Shown in pieces: positions 1-9,253 of a DNA stretch of 64,000 nucleotides. The stretch covers positions 1 to 64,000 of the forward strand of contig DASXQR010000192.1 in the NCBI GenBank assembly GCA_036507075.1, written 5' to 3'. Made by a program: the position numbers and the translations under genes. The stretch is from Acidobacteriota bacterium. GTDB lineage: Bacteria > Acidobacteriota > UBA6911 > JACQSX01. How positions within the stretch are numbered: position 1 is the first letter of the stretch; every line of letters starts with the position of its first letter. The notes under the pieces are model-generated. The model was not told the origin of the DNA. It ran no database searches and was given only the letters and a program-made list of their open reading frames with translations.

Positions 1-57
1 CTCTGCGGCGCTCGTTTCGTCCCGACGTTTCCAAAAGTGAGTCAGGGACTTGCTTTA

Positions 58-110
58 GTGAAGAATCGTACTCACCACCGGGGCAAGCCCGGTGGCGTCG
101 ATTTCTTCAC
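58..110. repeat. REP-like hairpin with outer inverted repeat
   Basis: CCACCGGG-gcaag-CCCGGTGG (75-95) nested in GTGAAGAATCG (58-68) / CGATTTCTTCAC (99-110). Confidence 0.7.
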
Positions 111-192
111 ACCTTCTGGAATTGAAATCATGGTCCCGAAAGGATTATTCTTAGCGTTCACGTTTGGGGCCTGCCGGAAGGTGTTCGACCAC

Positions 193-1773
193 ATGATTGG
201 CCAGACCGTCTCGCATTATCTTGTCCAGGAAAAGCTGGGGGGCGGCGGCATGGGCGTGGTCTATAAGGCGGAAGACACACGCCTGGGCCGTCACGTCACA
301 CTGAAATTCCTGCCTGAAAGCTACAGCACCGACAATCTGGCCCTGGAACGGTTCCAACGTGAGGCGCGCACCGCTTCCGCTCTGAACCATCCGTACATCT
401 GCACGGTATACGACGTTGGCACTTACAACGGACAGCCGTTTATCGTAATGGAACTGCTCGACGGCCGCACTCTGAAGCAATACTCGGGCCGGCCCTTTGC
501 ACTGAGCCAGTTGCTCGATATCGGCATTCAAATTGCGGACGCCCTCGATACGGCCCATACAAAGGGGGTGATCCACCGCGATATCAAACCGGCCAACATA
601 TTCCTCACTGCCCGCGGCGTGGTAAAAATTCTCGACTTCGGCCTGGCCAAGTTGATCGAGGAGAGGACTTACGCGCAGGAAACTCTGGGCCCGTCCCGAC
701 TGGAGGAGCATCTTACCAGCCCGGGAACAACCCTCGGGACCGTCATGTACATGTCCCCCGAACAGGCACGGGGAGAAGAGCTGGACGCGCGTACCGATCT
801 TTTCTCCTTTGGAGCCGTACTCTACGAGATGATCACCGGCGCGCTCCCGTTCAACGGCAAGACGCAGGCACTGGTTTTTGACGCGATTCTGAACAAGCCG
901 CCGGTGCCGCCGTCGCAATTGAACCCGGATATCGCTCCCGATCTGGAACAAATCATCACCAAGGCGCTGGAGAAGGATCGAGACGTCCGCTATCAGTCCG
1001 CCAAGGAGATGCTGGTCGACATGCGGAGGATGCGGCGCAAACTGGATTTGCAGCGCGCCGGCTTGGAAGTTCCTTCGGCAGCGCAAAACTCTCCGGTGAA
1101 AAGCTCGGACAGCGGGTTTAAATGGATCAGCGCCGCCTTTCTTGCGGGTGCGGCACTGACGGCCGCCTTTTATTTTCATTCCAAACTATTCACAGCGCGG
1201 ACTGTGAGCGCTCCACCGCCGGCACAACTCATCACTGAAGCAAAAATGAGCCAGCCGGAAGCAAAATCCGGTTCTCCTCTTGTGACGGTTCCCGACAAAA
1301 CGGCAGAGAAACCCGCTCAGGCCCATGAAAAGACAGCGCACGCTTCCAAATCCATCCGCGGAACATCACCGGGTGTGAATCCGGCTCAACCCCCTTCTCA
1401 GTCCGCAATCGTGAAGAAGGACGATGCGGGAAAGCCCGCCGAAACACCACCAACAACGCAGCCGGCGGATTCAGATAACTCGGTGGCAACCCTGTCTCGG
1501 CCCGTCGAGCGCAAGACGCCCAAGCGCGGATCATTCTCCTGGCATGGCGAGGCAAAAACCACTCCGACGATTGTGGTCATCGACAGCAATGTAGCCAATA
1601 CGGGCCAGTTAGTGGGAGGCTTGCCGGGTGTGCCTTGTCGCATAAATATAGACGACCCGGATGTGAAGGTGACTCAGGGGCCGAATGCCGCCAGTGGGTA
1701 TCGGCGAATCATCCTGCGCCTGCAGAGAAAAGGCAGGTTCTTCCTGCGTATCACGTGGACGGCGCTTAGCTGA
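193..1773 (+). CDS. Hanks-type Ser/Thr protein kinase with TM helix, Pro/Ser-rich linker and small C-terminal domain
   Basis: [31 protein letters not shown] motifs; start moved to ATG 193 (MIGQTVSHY, typical N-terminus). Confidence 0.95.
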   Translation: MIGQTVSHYLVQEKLGGGGMGVVYKAEDTRLGRHVTLKFLPESYSTDNLALERFQREARTASALNHPYICTVYDVGTYNGQPFIVMELLDGRTLKQYSGRPFALSQLLDIGIQIADALDTAHTKGVIHRDIKPANIFLTARGVVKILDFGLAKLIEERTYAQETLGPSRLEEHLTSPGTTLGTVMYMSPEQARGEELDARTDLFSFGAVLYEMITGALPFNGKTQALVFDAILNKPPVPPSQLNPDIAPDLEQIITKALEKDRDVRYQSAKEMLVDMRRMRRKLDLQRAGLEVPSAAQNSPVKSSDSGFKWISAAFLAGAALTAAFYFHSKLFTARTVSAPPPAQLITEAKMSQPEAKSGSPLVTVPDKTAEKPAQAHEKTAHASKSIRGTSPGVNPAQPPSQSAIVKKDDAGKPAETPPTTQPADSDNSVATLSRPVERKTPKRGSFSWHGEAKTTPTIVVIDSNVANTGQLVGGLPGVPCRINIDDPDVKVTQGPNAASGYRRIILRLQRKGRFFLRITWTALS

Positions 1774-1777
1774 ACTG

Positions 1778-1937
1778 GGGGATTGAGGGATTGAGGGATT
1801 GATTGAGGTACTCAGGGATTGAGAGACTGAGAATCTTCCCGTTCCCATTCCTCAACTGTTTATCCCATTCCCTCACTCTTCCACTCCCACAGTCCCTCAG
1901 TCCCTCAGTCTCTCAGTCCCTCAGTCCCCAAATCCCT
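1778..1937. repeat. Inverted 8-mer microsatellite pair between convergent genes
   Basis: (GGGATTGA)n at 1778-1832 facing (TCAGTCCC)n at about 1890-1937. Confidence 0.85.
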
Positions 1938-1945
1938 CCGTCCCA

Positions 1946-3490
1946 CTAATCCGTTCCCGTTTTCAATGTTGTTTCCTTGCGCACGTTGCGTGCGTTGAAT
2001 GAAATCGAAACAACCGATTTTGGACGGATCGCGCCTTTCTTGAACTCTGCCTCTTTGAAAATATCGATGAAGAGCGACACCAGCTCGGGATCGAGTCTGG
2101 ATTCCGCCTCGGTTTCGAGGTGTTTGATTACGCCGCGAGCAGACAACGCGCGCCGATAGGATCGCCTGGCTGTGAGCGCCTCAAAAACATCGGCGATGGC
2201 AACAATGCGCGCTCCCAGTTTGATCTCGTCTCCCTTCAGCCCATCGGGATAACCGTTGCCATCCAGGCGTTCGTGGTGATGCAGCACCGTGTCGCGAACG
2301 TCGATCATGTAAGGAATCGGTTGCAGTATCTGGGCTCCAAAGCGCGGATGTTGCCGGATCAGCTCCGCCTCCTCGGCGGTCAGTTTTCCGCATTTGTTAA
2401 GGATCGACTCATCGATTCCGATTTTGCCCACGTCGTGCAGCAGAGCTCCCCGCGCGACATCCTCAATTTCCCTGCCAGTCAGTGACAACCGCTCGGCAAT
2501 GGCCACTGCATACCGCGAAACCAGTTCCGAGTGGCCTCGGGTATATCGATCTTTCAGCTCCACGGCCTGCGCCAGAGAAGTCACCAGCGCCACATAATTT
2601 TCCCGCAGGTCGTGGTGGATCTGCGCATTCTCGATGCAGATTGCCGCCTGGTAAGACAGCGCCAGGAGCAAACTGAGGTCTTCTTCGTTGAAGCGCCGGC
2701 GCTTGGCTTTGCTGTCGACGTACAGCACGCCCATCAGCGCGTCACTGGTTCTGTTTTCATCCACGTACTTTTGCGAGTACATCAACGGAATTCCCACCAT
2801 GCTGTGCAATTCCAAAGCCCCGATGCTGGCCTGCTTCTGGAGCTGGACGTCAACGGCGGTGTCGTCGATCAGAAAAGGCTGGCGCGATTTAACTACGCGG
2901 CTGATCAGGCTTCGGCTGAAGCCGTCATTTTCGCTCCAATTTGAATTCTCGGTGTCTTTGCGATAGACGACTTCCATTTCCCCCGCCTTATTCTTCAGCA
3001 GAATCATGGCGCGCATCCCGGAGGAGATTTCTAAAACACCTTTCAGCACCCGTTCAAAAACCTCTTCACGCTCCAGGGAAGTCGTCATCGTCTCGCTCAC
3101 GCCGATGAGCATCTGCAGGTTTCTGAGATTGTTGAAGGCCGCCTTGGAGAAATCCAGCGCGCTGCGCGAGAGTTCAGGCGCTTCATCAACGCGATTAAGG
3201 GAAAACCGCATGGAATGATCCCGATCAAGCCCCAGCACGATCACATCGCCGTCTTTCAGGAGATGCTTCTTTACCGCTTTTCCGTTAACGAAGACCTTAT
3301 TCCTGCTGCGCTTATCCTCAATAAAGAAGTCGCTTCCGAGGCAGAAGAGCACGGCATGTTGCCGCGAAATACTGGCGTGCTTGAAGACAATATCGTTGGT
3401 TGGATTCCTGCCGAGACTGAGAGGACGGTTCTCGTCGAGAATTTGCATCATCGACCGGCCGTCAGAGCCGCGATAGATAAGAGTGCTCAT
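1946..3490 (-). CDS. FHA-GAF-HD-GYP phosphodiesterase
   Basis: FHA: LGRNPTNDIV..ISRQHA..VFVNG; GAF: GVLYVDS..FNEEDL; HD-GYP: HDVGKIG, HHERLDGNGYP. Confidence 0.92.
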   Translation of the reverse strand: MSTLIYRGSDGRSMMQILDENRPLSLGRNPTNDIVFKHASISRQHAVLFCLGSDFFIEDKRSRNKVFVNGKAVKKHLLKDGDVIVLGLDRDHSMRFSLNRVDEAPELSRSALDFSKAAFNNLRNLQMLIGVSETMTTSLEREEVFERVLKGVLEISSGMRAMILLKNKAGEMEVVYRKDTENSNWSENDGFSRSLISRVVKSRQPFLIDDTAVDVQLQKQASIGALELHSMVGIPLMYSQKYVDENRTSDALMGVLYVDSKAKRRRFNEEDLSLLLALSYQAAICIENAQIHHDLRENYVALVTSLAQAVELKDRYTRGHSELVSRYAVAIAERLSLTGREIEDVARGALLHDVGKIGIDESILNKCGKLTAEEAELIRQHPRFGAQILQPIPYMIDVRDTVLHHHERLDGNGYPDGLKGDEIKLGARIVAIADVFEALTARRSYRRALSARGVIKHLETEAESRLDPELVSLFIDIFKEAEFKKGAIRPKSVVSISFNARNVRKETTLKTGTD

Positions 3491-3701
3491 GAGCTATGGC
3501 TGAAATTCTGGTCCTACCTGATCGACTCAGATGTGATACCTCTTACAGTTGTGAACAGTCAGTGTACAGGCATGGTACGACATCATGCTCGGTGGTACAA
3601 GAGTGTGAATCTCTGCGGGACATTACTGGCAAGCTCATGCGTGACTTCACCTGATGGATATAGATTCTGAATCCCGGACTATGAAGACGGGCACCTTGTA
3701 T

Positions 3702-3792
3702 CCACCGCCGAGGTACTGGCCACGCTGAGATTTCACAGAGGCCGGATTGCAACTCGCGAAATCTCGGCGAACTCTGCGGCTCTGCGGTGAAA
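3702..3792. repeat. Degenerate 9-mer-ended palindromic element
   Basis: CCACCGCCGAG... facing ...CTCTGCGGCTCTGCGGTGAAA. Confidence 0.6.
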
Positions 3793-3862
3793 GCAGTGTG
3801 GCGAATCGGCAGTAAACATCATTGCCTGCCCTGCATTTTTTGCACAACCTGAAAAATTTTTA

Positions 3863-3889
3863 GAACTTTTTTTCATCTCGGTCATCTCA
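3863..3889 (+). promoter_or_regulatory. Putative ECF (RpoE/AlgU-type) promoter
   Basis: GAACTT (3863-3868) - 16 nt - TCTCA (3885-3889) upstream of the lytic transglycosylase gene. Confidence 0.5.
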
Positions 3890-4064
3890 CTAAAAGGATA
3901 CGACACTCCTCGTATTCACCCAAAGAAAACACGGTGCTCCGGGAGCCGGTGGCAACGGCCCCCAAAGCACACTGAACACTCACCCTGGAGGTTTCAGTGT
4001 GGCTGCGTGGAGGATTGTGGTCGGTAATTAGCAGAAAAAATTTCAGATCAGAGGTTCATTCCAG

Positions 4065-4622
4065 ATGGACTATTTATTCTCGCTGGTATTATCGCTTTGT
4101 TTCGCACAAGGCCCTTTGCTTCACGTCGCCTTTGCCGCATCGGGCACGACAGAAGAATTTGCAGTCGAAGAATCAACGAACGCAAATCCCAACTCTCCCT
4201 ATGACCCTTTCATCAATAAACATTGTGCCGAACATGGCGTAGATCCCGACCTGGTCCGGGCCGTTATGCTGACCGAATCCACGTTCCGGGCGGATGCCAT
4301 CTCCCACAAAGGCGCCTGCGGCCTGATGCAGTTAATCCCGTCCACAGCCAGGCGTTTTGGGGTGGAAAATGTGATGGATCCGGATCAAAACATTGAAGGG
4401 GGCGTAAGGTATCTTAGGTTCCTTCTCGATAGGTTCGACAATGATCTGAAATTGACGCTGGCTGCTTACAACGCGGGAGAAAATGCGGTCAAGCGCGCCG
4501 GAGGAATTCCTCAATACAGAGAGACCCGGAATTATGTGGAAAAAATCACCGCGCGCTACGGTGACACTTATCGGCCTGTCGACGCCTCCACTCCGGACCC
4601 TGAAGTTTTCAGCGCAGATTAA
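4065..4622 (+). CDS. SLT-domain lytic transglycosylase
   Basis: AVMLTESTF, GACGLMQL, LAAYNAGE, ETRNYV motifs; signal-like N-terminus. Confidence 0.93.
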   Translation: MDYLFSLVLSLCFAQGPLLHVAFAASGTTEEFAVEESTNANPNSPYDPFINKHCAEHGVDPDLVRAVMLTESTFRADAISHKGACGLMQLIPSTARRFGVENVMDPDQNIEGGVRYLRFLLDRFDNDLKLTLAAYNAGENAVKRAGGIPQYRETRNYVEKITARYGDTYRPVDASTPDPEVFSAD

Positions 4623-4633
4623 TCAAAGTACTC

Positions 4634-4760
4634 TGCCACGAAGACACAAAGACGCGAAGCCTGTGATTTAGCCTGTGGCGACAACTTTCAGAAATCTTGT
4701 TCTGCCCGAGTGTCACTTGTTGAATCATTGAAACTTCGTGCCTTCATGGCTTCGCGGCAG
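4634..4760. repeat. 9-mer-ended palindromic element
   Basis: CTGCCACGAAGACACAAAGACGCGAAG facing CTTCGTGCCTTCATGGCTTCGCGGCAG. Confidence 0.75.
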
Positions 4761-4867
4761 TTTCGCTTTCAAGCAGTCCCCGCGCCAGCCCCTGAGAATT
4801 GCTTTTCCTGACACGCAAATACACGTAAGATAGCCGCTGTTGGCGAATGAAAGCCAGGGAGGGTTCC

Positions 4868-5146
4868 ATGATCGATGAGGACATTAAGAATCGCGTCCTC
4901 GCAGTATTCAAACGGAATAGGCGCGTAGGCGAGCTACCTTTGAACATGGACACAAGCTTTGACCAGTTGGAATTCGATTCGCTGGAAGTCTTCTGTATCG
5001 TGTTCGATCTCGAAGATGAGTTCAACATCACTATCCCGGACGACTCGGCAAAAACCATGCGAACTGTCGGCGATGTGGTCCGAGGCGTAACCAGCGCTTT
5101 GCCGGCCGGCGCCGCTGGCGCCACCCCGACGGAGAGTCAGGTTTGA
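4868..5146 (+). CDS. Acyl carrier protein
   Basis: FDSLE phosphopantetheine motif, LEDEFNITIPD; TGATG overlap with the ketosynthase. Confidence 0.9.
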   Translation: MIDEDIKNRVLAVFKRNRRVGELPLNMDTSFDQLEFDSLEVFCIVFDLEDEFNITIPDDSAKTMRTVGDVVRGVTSALPAGAAGATPTESQV

Positions 5147-6372
5147 TGAGGCGTGTCGTAATCACAGGCATGGGAATTGTTTCTCCCTTCGGCTCCAGCC
5201 TTGACCGGCTCTGGAACAATGTAGTTTCGGCCAAGTCCGCGATCGGCCCGCTGACTCGCTTCAACACAGACGCCCTCCGAATCCGCGTCGCTGGACAAAT
5301 CCCGGACTATCAGCCCGGGCAGCATTTTCAAACTAAAGAATTGGATTTGCTGGATCGGTTTTCCCAGCTTGCCATTGTTGCCGCACGCAGCGCGGCGGCG
5401 GATTCAGGAATCAAGACGGAAGGAGCGGAAGCCTTTTCCACAGGCGCATCGGTAGGTTCGGGTTGCGGCGGCGCCGAAACCTACGATGCCAGCTACTATC
5501 AGCTTTACGCAGCGCGATCGCCGCGTGTGCATCCGCTCACGATTCCCCGCCTGATGAATAACGCCGCCACCAGTCAGGTATGCATGTACCTGGGCGTCAA
5601 AGGTCCCTCGCTGTCGATTTCGACCGCCTGCGCCTCGGCCACACACGCCATTGGTGAAGCTTTTCGCACGATCCGGGCTGGAGCGGCCGAGGTGATGTTT
5701 ACCGGCGGCTCCGATGCCCCTTTGACGCTGGGCTTTTTCAAGTCCTGGGAAGCAATGCGTGTGCTTGCCTCGGGCAACGGAGATGCCGCCTCTGCCTGCC
5801 GTCCTTTCAGTGTCGATCGTGAAGGTCTGGTGATCAGCGAGGGGGCTGCCATGCTGGTGTTGGAAGAATACGAGCATGCGCGCCGGCGCGGGGCACGCAT
5901 TTACGCGGAAGTATTGGGTTACGGCGCCAGTGCCGATTCCAGCCATATCACACAGCCGAGCGTGGAAGGTCCGAGCCGTGCCATCGAACTGGCGCTTCGG
6001 GAAGCGGGAATTTCCGCCGGCCAGGTCGATTACATCAATGCCCACGGCACAGGCACGAAAATGAACGACGCGACTGAAACCCGGGCAATTCGCCAGGCAT
6101 TTGGGAGTTCCGCCGGTGACGTTTCCATCAGTTCCACTAAATCAATGCACGGACATCTGATGGGCGCTTCCGGAGCTCTCGAACTGGTTATTACCATTCT
6201 GGCCCTGCGAGAAGCCGTGGTCCCTCCCACCGCGCACTACCGGGGGCGTGACCCGGAATGCGATCTGGACTATACGCCGAACGAAGCTCGATCGAAGAAT
6301 CTCCATTATGCGTTATCAAACTCCTTCGCGTTTGGCGGTTTGAATGCGGTCATCGCCGTCGCGCGTGTCTAA
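5146..6372 (+). CDS. Beta-ketoacyl-ACP synthase, FabF/NodE family
   Basis: STACAS catalytic Cys, NAHGTGT, STKSMHGHLMGA, SNSFAFGG. Confidence 0.95.
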   Translation: MRRVVITGMGIVSPFGSSLDRLWNNVVSAKSAIGPLTRFNTDALRIRVAGQIPDYQPGQHFQTKELDLLDRFSQLAIVAARSAAADSGIKTEGAEAFSTGASVGSGCGGAETYDASYYQLYAARSPRVHPLTIPRLMNNAATSQVCMYLGVKGPSLSISTACASATHAIGEAFRTIRAGAAEVMFTGGSDAPLTLGFFKSWEAMRVLASGNGDAASACRPFSVDREGLVISEGAAMLVLEEYEHARRRGARIYAEVLGYGASADSSHITQPSVEGPSRAIELALREAGISAGQVDYINAHGTGTKMNDATETRAIRQAFGSSAGDVSISSTKSMHGHLMGASGALELVITILALREAVVPPTAHYRGRDPECDLDYTPNEARSKNLHYALSNSFAFGGLNAVIAVARV

Positions 6373-6441
6373 TCAAGGGCCGTGTAATCACTCCCCGCTC
6401 CCGGCCAGACGGGCTTGTTGCCCGAATAGCTGCGCGAAAAA

Positions 6442-7512
6442 TCAATTCGAAGGGTTTACCAATGAAGGATAAAGTGCGTCAGACCACTGGATTCGAATGC
6501 GTTGGAATTGAGGCACTACTCGCAGAAAATGGTCGAAAATAAGAGGATCAAACTGCCTGCCGGATTCTTCCCGCATCACCTCAAGCGCGTCGTCTTCTGA
6601 GAATGCCGGCTTGTAAATCCGCTTGTGCAGCAGCGCGTCGTAGACATCGGCAATGGCTACGATGCGTGCCGATTCCGGAATCGCTTCTCCGGACAGACCG
6701 CGAGGATAACCGCCCCCGTCCCATCGTTCGTGATGACAGAGCGCGATTTCACCGGCCATTGCCAGCAGTGGGATGTCCGATCCGCCCAGAATTCTGGCCC
6801 CTGTCTCGGTGTGCTTCTTTAGAATCTCAAATTCTTCACTGCTCAGGGCGTCCGGTTTAAGAAGAATGGAATCTGGCACCGCGATTTTGCCGATGTCGTG
6901 CATGGGTGCGGCAACCTTGATCTCATCAATCAAGTGACCGCTCCAGCCCAGTGCCTTCGCGAGAACCTCTGAGTACAGGCCGATTCTGCGTACATGAGCT
7001 CCCGTTTCTCCATCACGATACCCCGTCGCTGTCACCAGGCGCATGGCAATCTCCAGTTCCCGCCGGCGCACCTCCTCGGTGCGCTTTTGGACCTCCTCTT
7101 CGAGCTTTTCCTGATAGTGACGGCGGGCAAGAAGTAATCGGCGGCGCTCGAGGGCGTTGCTCACGCTAATCACGACCTCGTTCAATTCGAAGGGCTTTAC
7201 CAGGTACCCGTAAGCACCTATTTGCAGTGCCCGGACAGCAGAGCGACGATCATCAATCTGAGCCGCCGTGACCACGGCAACATCAGGAAAGCGACCCACA
7301 GTGACGGCAAGTAACTCCATCCCGGATTGGCCGGGCATAACCAGATCCCAGATCACAAGACAGAAATTGCCCCCTTCGAGCAGACTCCATGCTTCTTCCG
7401 CGCTGGTCGCGGTCGAGCAGTCGTAACCTTCCGCCGTCAACCAGTGGGACAGCAGGCTGCGGTTCAGCAAGTCAGCGTCCAGCACAAGGATTTTGGTATC
7501 GGTTTTACCCAT
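6442..7512 (-). CDS. Response regulator with HD-GYP domain (RpfG-like)
   Basis: N-terminal receiver (DLVMPG, KPF); HDIGKI, HHERWDGGGYP; start set at ATG 7512. Confidence 0.92.
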   Translation of the reverse strand: MGKTDTKILVLDADLLNRSLLSHWLTAEGYDCSTATSAEEAWSLLEGGNFCLVIWDLVMPGQSGMELLAVTVGRFPDVAVVTAAQIDDRRSAVRALQIGAYGYLVKPFELNEVVISVSNALERRRLLLARRHYQEKLEEEVQKRTEEVRRRELEIAMRLVTATGYRDGETGAHVRRIGLYSEVLAKALGWSGHLIDEIKVAAPMHDIGKIAVPDSILLKPDALSSEEFEILKKHTETGARILGGSDIPLLAMAGEIALCHHERWDGGGYPRGLSGEAIPESARIVAIADVYDALLHKRIYKPAFSEDDALEVMREESGRQFDPLIFDHFLRVVPQFQRIRIQWSDALYPSLVNPSN

Positions 7513-7818
7513 CGATTGAGGGGACTTTATATATGAATTGCCTATGCTTGACAAATGCACGCGTCACAAAAGATCTGCCGCGGAGGGATCTCCGGCCATG
7601 TCAGAGCCGAGCGGAGCGAGGTACCCGCTCGAGCCGGCACCTCCAGATTCTTTCAGTTTCCCCGCCTTGACAACATCCAAATCGGTGCTAATCGTTAGGA
7701 CAGCAGATTTACCCCAAATATAAGGCAATCTCCGGCGCCAGGAATTTGCGCCTCGCCTCGAGTGGTTGGTGTGTTTCAGGCCGAGCGCGTCCTGCGCTTA
7801 ACTTTAGGGAGGAAGTCT

Positions 7819-9246
7819 ATGAGAACCAAGCGTGCATCTCTTTTGCCTTTAGCCGCCCTGGTTGCCGGTCTATTCACTGCTTCTGCCTTTGCCGCCGACT
7901 TTTATGTCGCCACCAACGGCAGCAATACCACCGGAAACGGATCGATCGGCAATCCCTGGGCTACCATCGAATATGCATTGGGCCAGGTGCCCGACGGCAG
8001 CAACATCATCGTGCGTCCGGGAACCTACACCGGCCGCACCCGCTTTGCCAGGCACTTTACCAGCGGCGTCACCGTGCGTTCGGAAATCCCTTACAAGGCG
8101 GTGCTGACGAATACAAATGATCACGTCATCACCATGTATGGATCAAACGTGGGCGCTTCGCATGTCACTGTGCAGGGTTTTGAAATCAAATCTCAGCCTG
8201 GGAATACCACAGCCTTGGTGGTTCATCTGGATGGCGGGGGCAAGCAGCAACTGGTGCACGACATTGTGCTGCGCGACAACATTTTTCACGACAGCTTCTC
8301 CAACGATATTCTAAAGATCAATAACAACGCCACTGCCGTCACGGTGGAAGGAAACATGTTTTACAATCAGCAGGGAGCCGATGAACACATCGACATCAAC
8401 AGCGTTCAGAATGTCACCGTACAGGACAATGTTTTCCTGAATGATTTTGCGGGAAGCGGTCGCGTCAATGACAGCAGCACCAGCAGCTTTATTGTGATCA
8501 AGGACAGCAATGGATCCAAAGACGGCATTCTGGGGGCCAACAACATCACCGTAAGACGGAATGTATTTTTGAACTGGGAAGGCACCACGGGCCACAACTT
8601 CGTGCTTTGTGGCGAAGACGGCACCCGCAATTACGAATCATTCAATGTGTTGATCGAGAATAATCTGATGCTCGGAAATTCCGCCAATGTGATGCGCGCT
8701 CCGTTTGGCGTCAAGGGATCAAAGGACATCACATTTCGCAACAATACCATCAGCGGTAATCTTCCGTCGCAGGCATTCGCGATGCGGCTCAACCGCGAGA
8801 AGCAAAACCCGCAGGTGGACAACGTCAGGATGTACAACAATATCTGGACCGATCCAACCGGCACGATGGAGGACTTCTCCGATACCATTCCCGCCGACAT
8901 TCTCACATTCGTCTTGTCCAATAATCTTTACTGGAACAACGGGGCAGCCATTCCCTTTGATGCCGCCGAAAGGATCAACTACACGGACGATCCGGCCCGG
9001 GTGGTGGCAAATCCTTTGATCGCAAATCCGGCGGGGCTGACAATTCCGCGCTGGGTTCCCGCCAGCTCCACGTTCGCGGATGGTTCAACGACAATCCGGG
9101 CGGCCTTCCTCAGGCTGGTCGACCTGTACGGAAAAACGGGCGCGGGCAGCGCTGCCAGGGACGCAGCCGATGCCGCCAACGCGCCTGCAGATGATATTCG
9201 AGGAAATCCGCGCACCAGCCCGGACATCGGCTGCTATGAACAGTGA
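7819..9246 (+). CDS. Secreted right-handed beta-helix protein
   Basis: GGAGG RBS, signal peptide, FYVATNG..NPWATI, Asn-rich coils, C-terminal DIGCYE. Confidence 0.85.
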   Translation: MRTKRASLLPLAALVAGLFTASAFAADFYVATNGSNTTGNGSIGNPWATIEYALGQVPDGSNIIVRPGTYTGRTRFARHFTSGVTVRSEIPYKAVLTNTNDHVITMYGSNVGASHVTVQGFEIKSQPGNTTALVVHLDGGGKQQLVHDIVLRDNIFHDSFSNDILKINNNATAVTVEGNMFYNQQGADEHIDINSVQNVTVQDNVFLNDFAGSGRVNDSSTSSFIVIKDSNGSKDGILGANNITVRRNVFLNWEGTTGHNFVLCGEDGTRNYESFNVLIENNLMLGNSANVMRAPFGVKGSKDITFRNNTISGNLPSQAFAMRLNREKQNPQVDNVRMYNNIWTDPTGTMEDFSDTIPADILTFVLSNNLYWNNGAAIPFDAAERINYTDDPARVVANPLIANPAGLTIPRWVPASSTFADGSTTIRAAFLRLVDLYGKTGAGSAARDAADAANAPADDIRGNPRTSPDIGCYEQ

Positions 9247-9253
9247 TCGGCGG

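Noticed and set aside
37..192. N-terminal extension of the kinase ORF
   Set aside because: Runs through a REP hairpin; the family-typical start is ATG 193.
151..1179. Long antisense ORFs (also 44608-45591, 56546-57823, 61713-62732, 21000-21920)
   Set aside because: Shadow frames opposite well-supported genes in GC-rich DNA, with no recognisable motifs.
7560..7760. c-di-GMP riboswitch or promoter between the HD-GYP and beta-helix genes
   Set aside because: No GEMM consensus; TTGACA at 7667 lacks a convincingly spaced -10.
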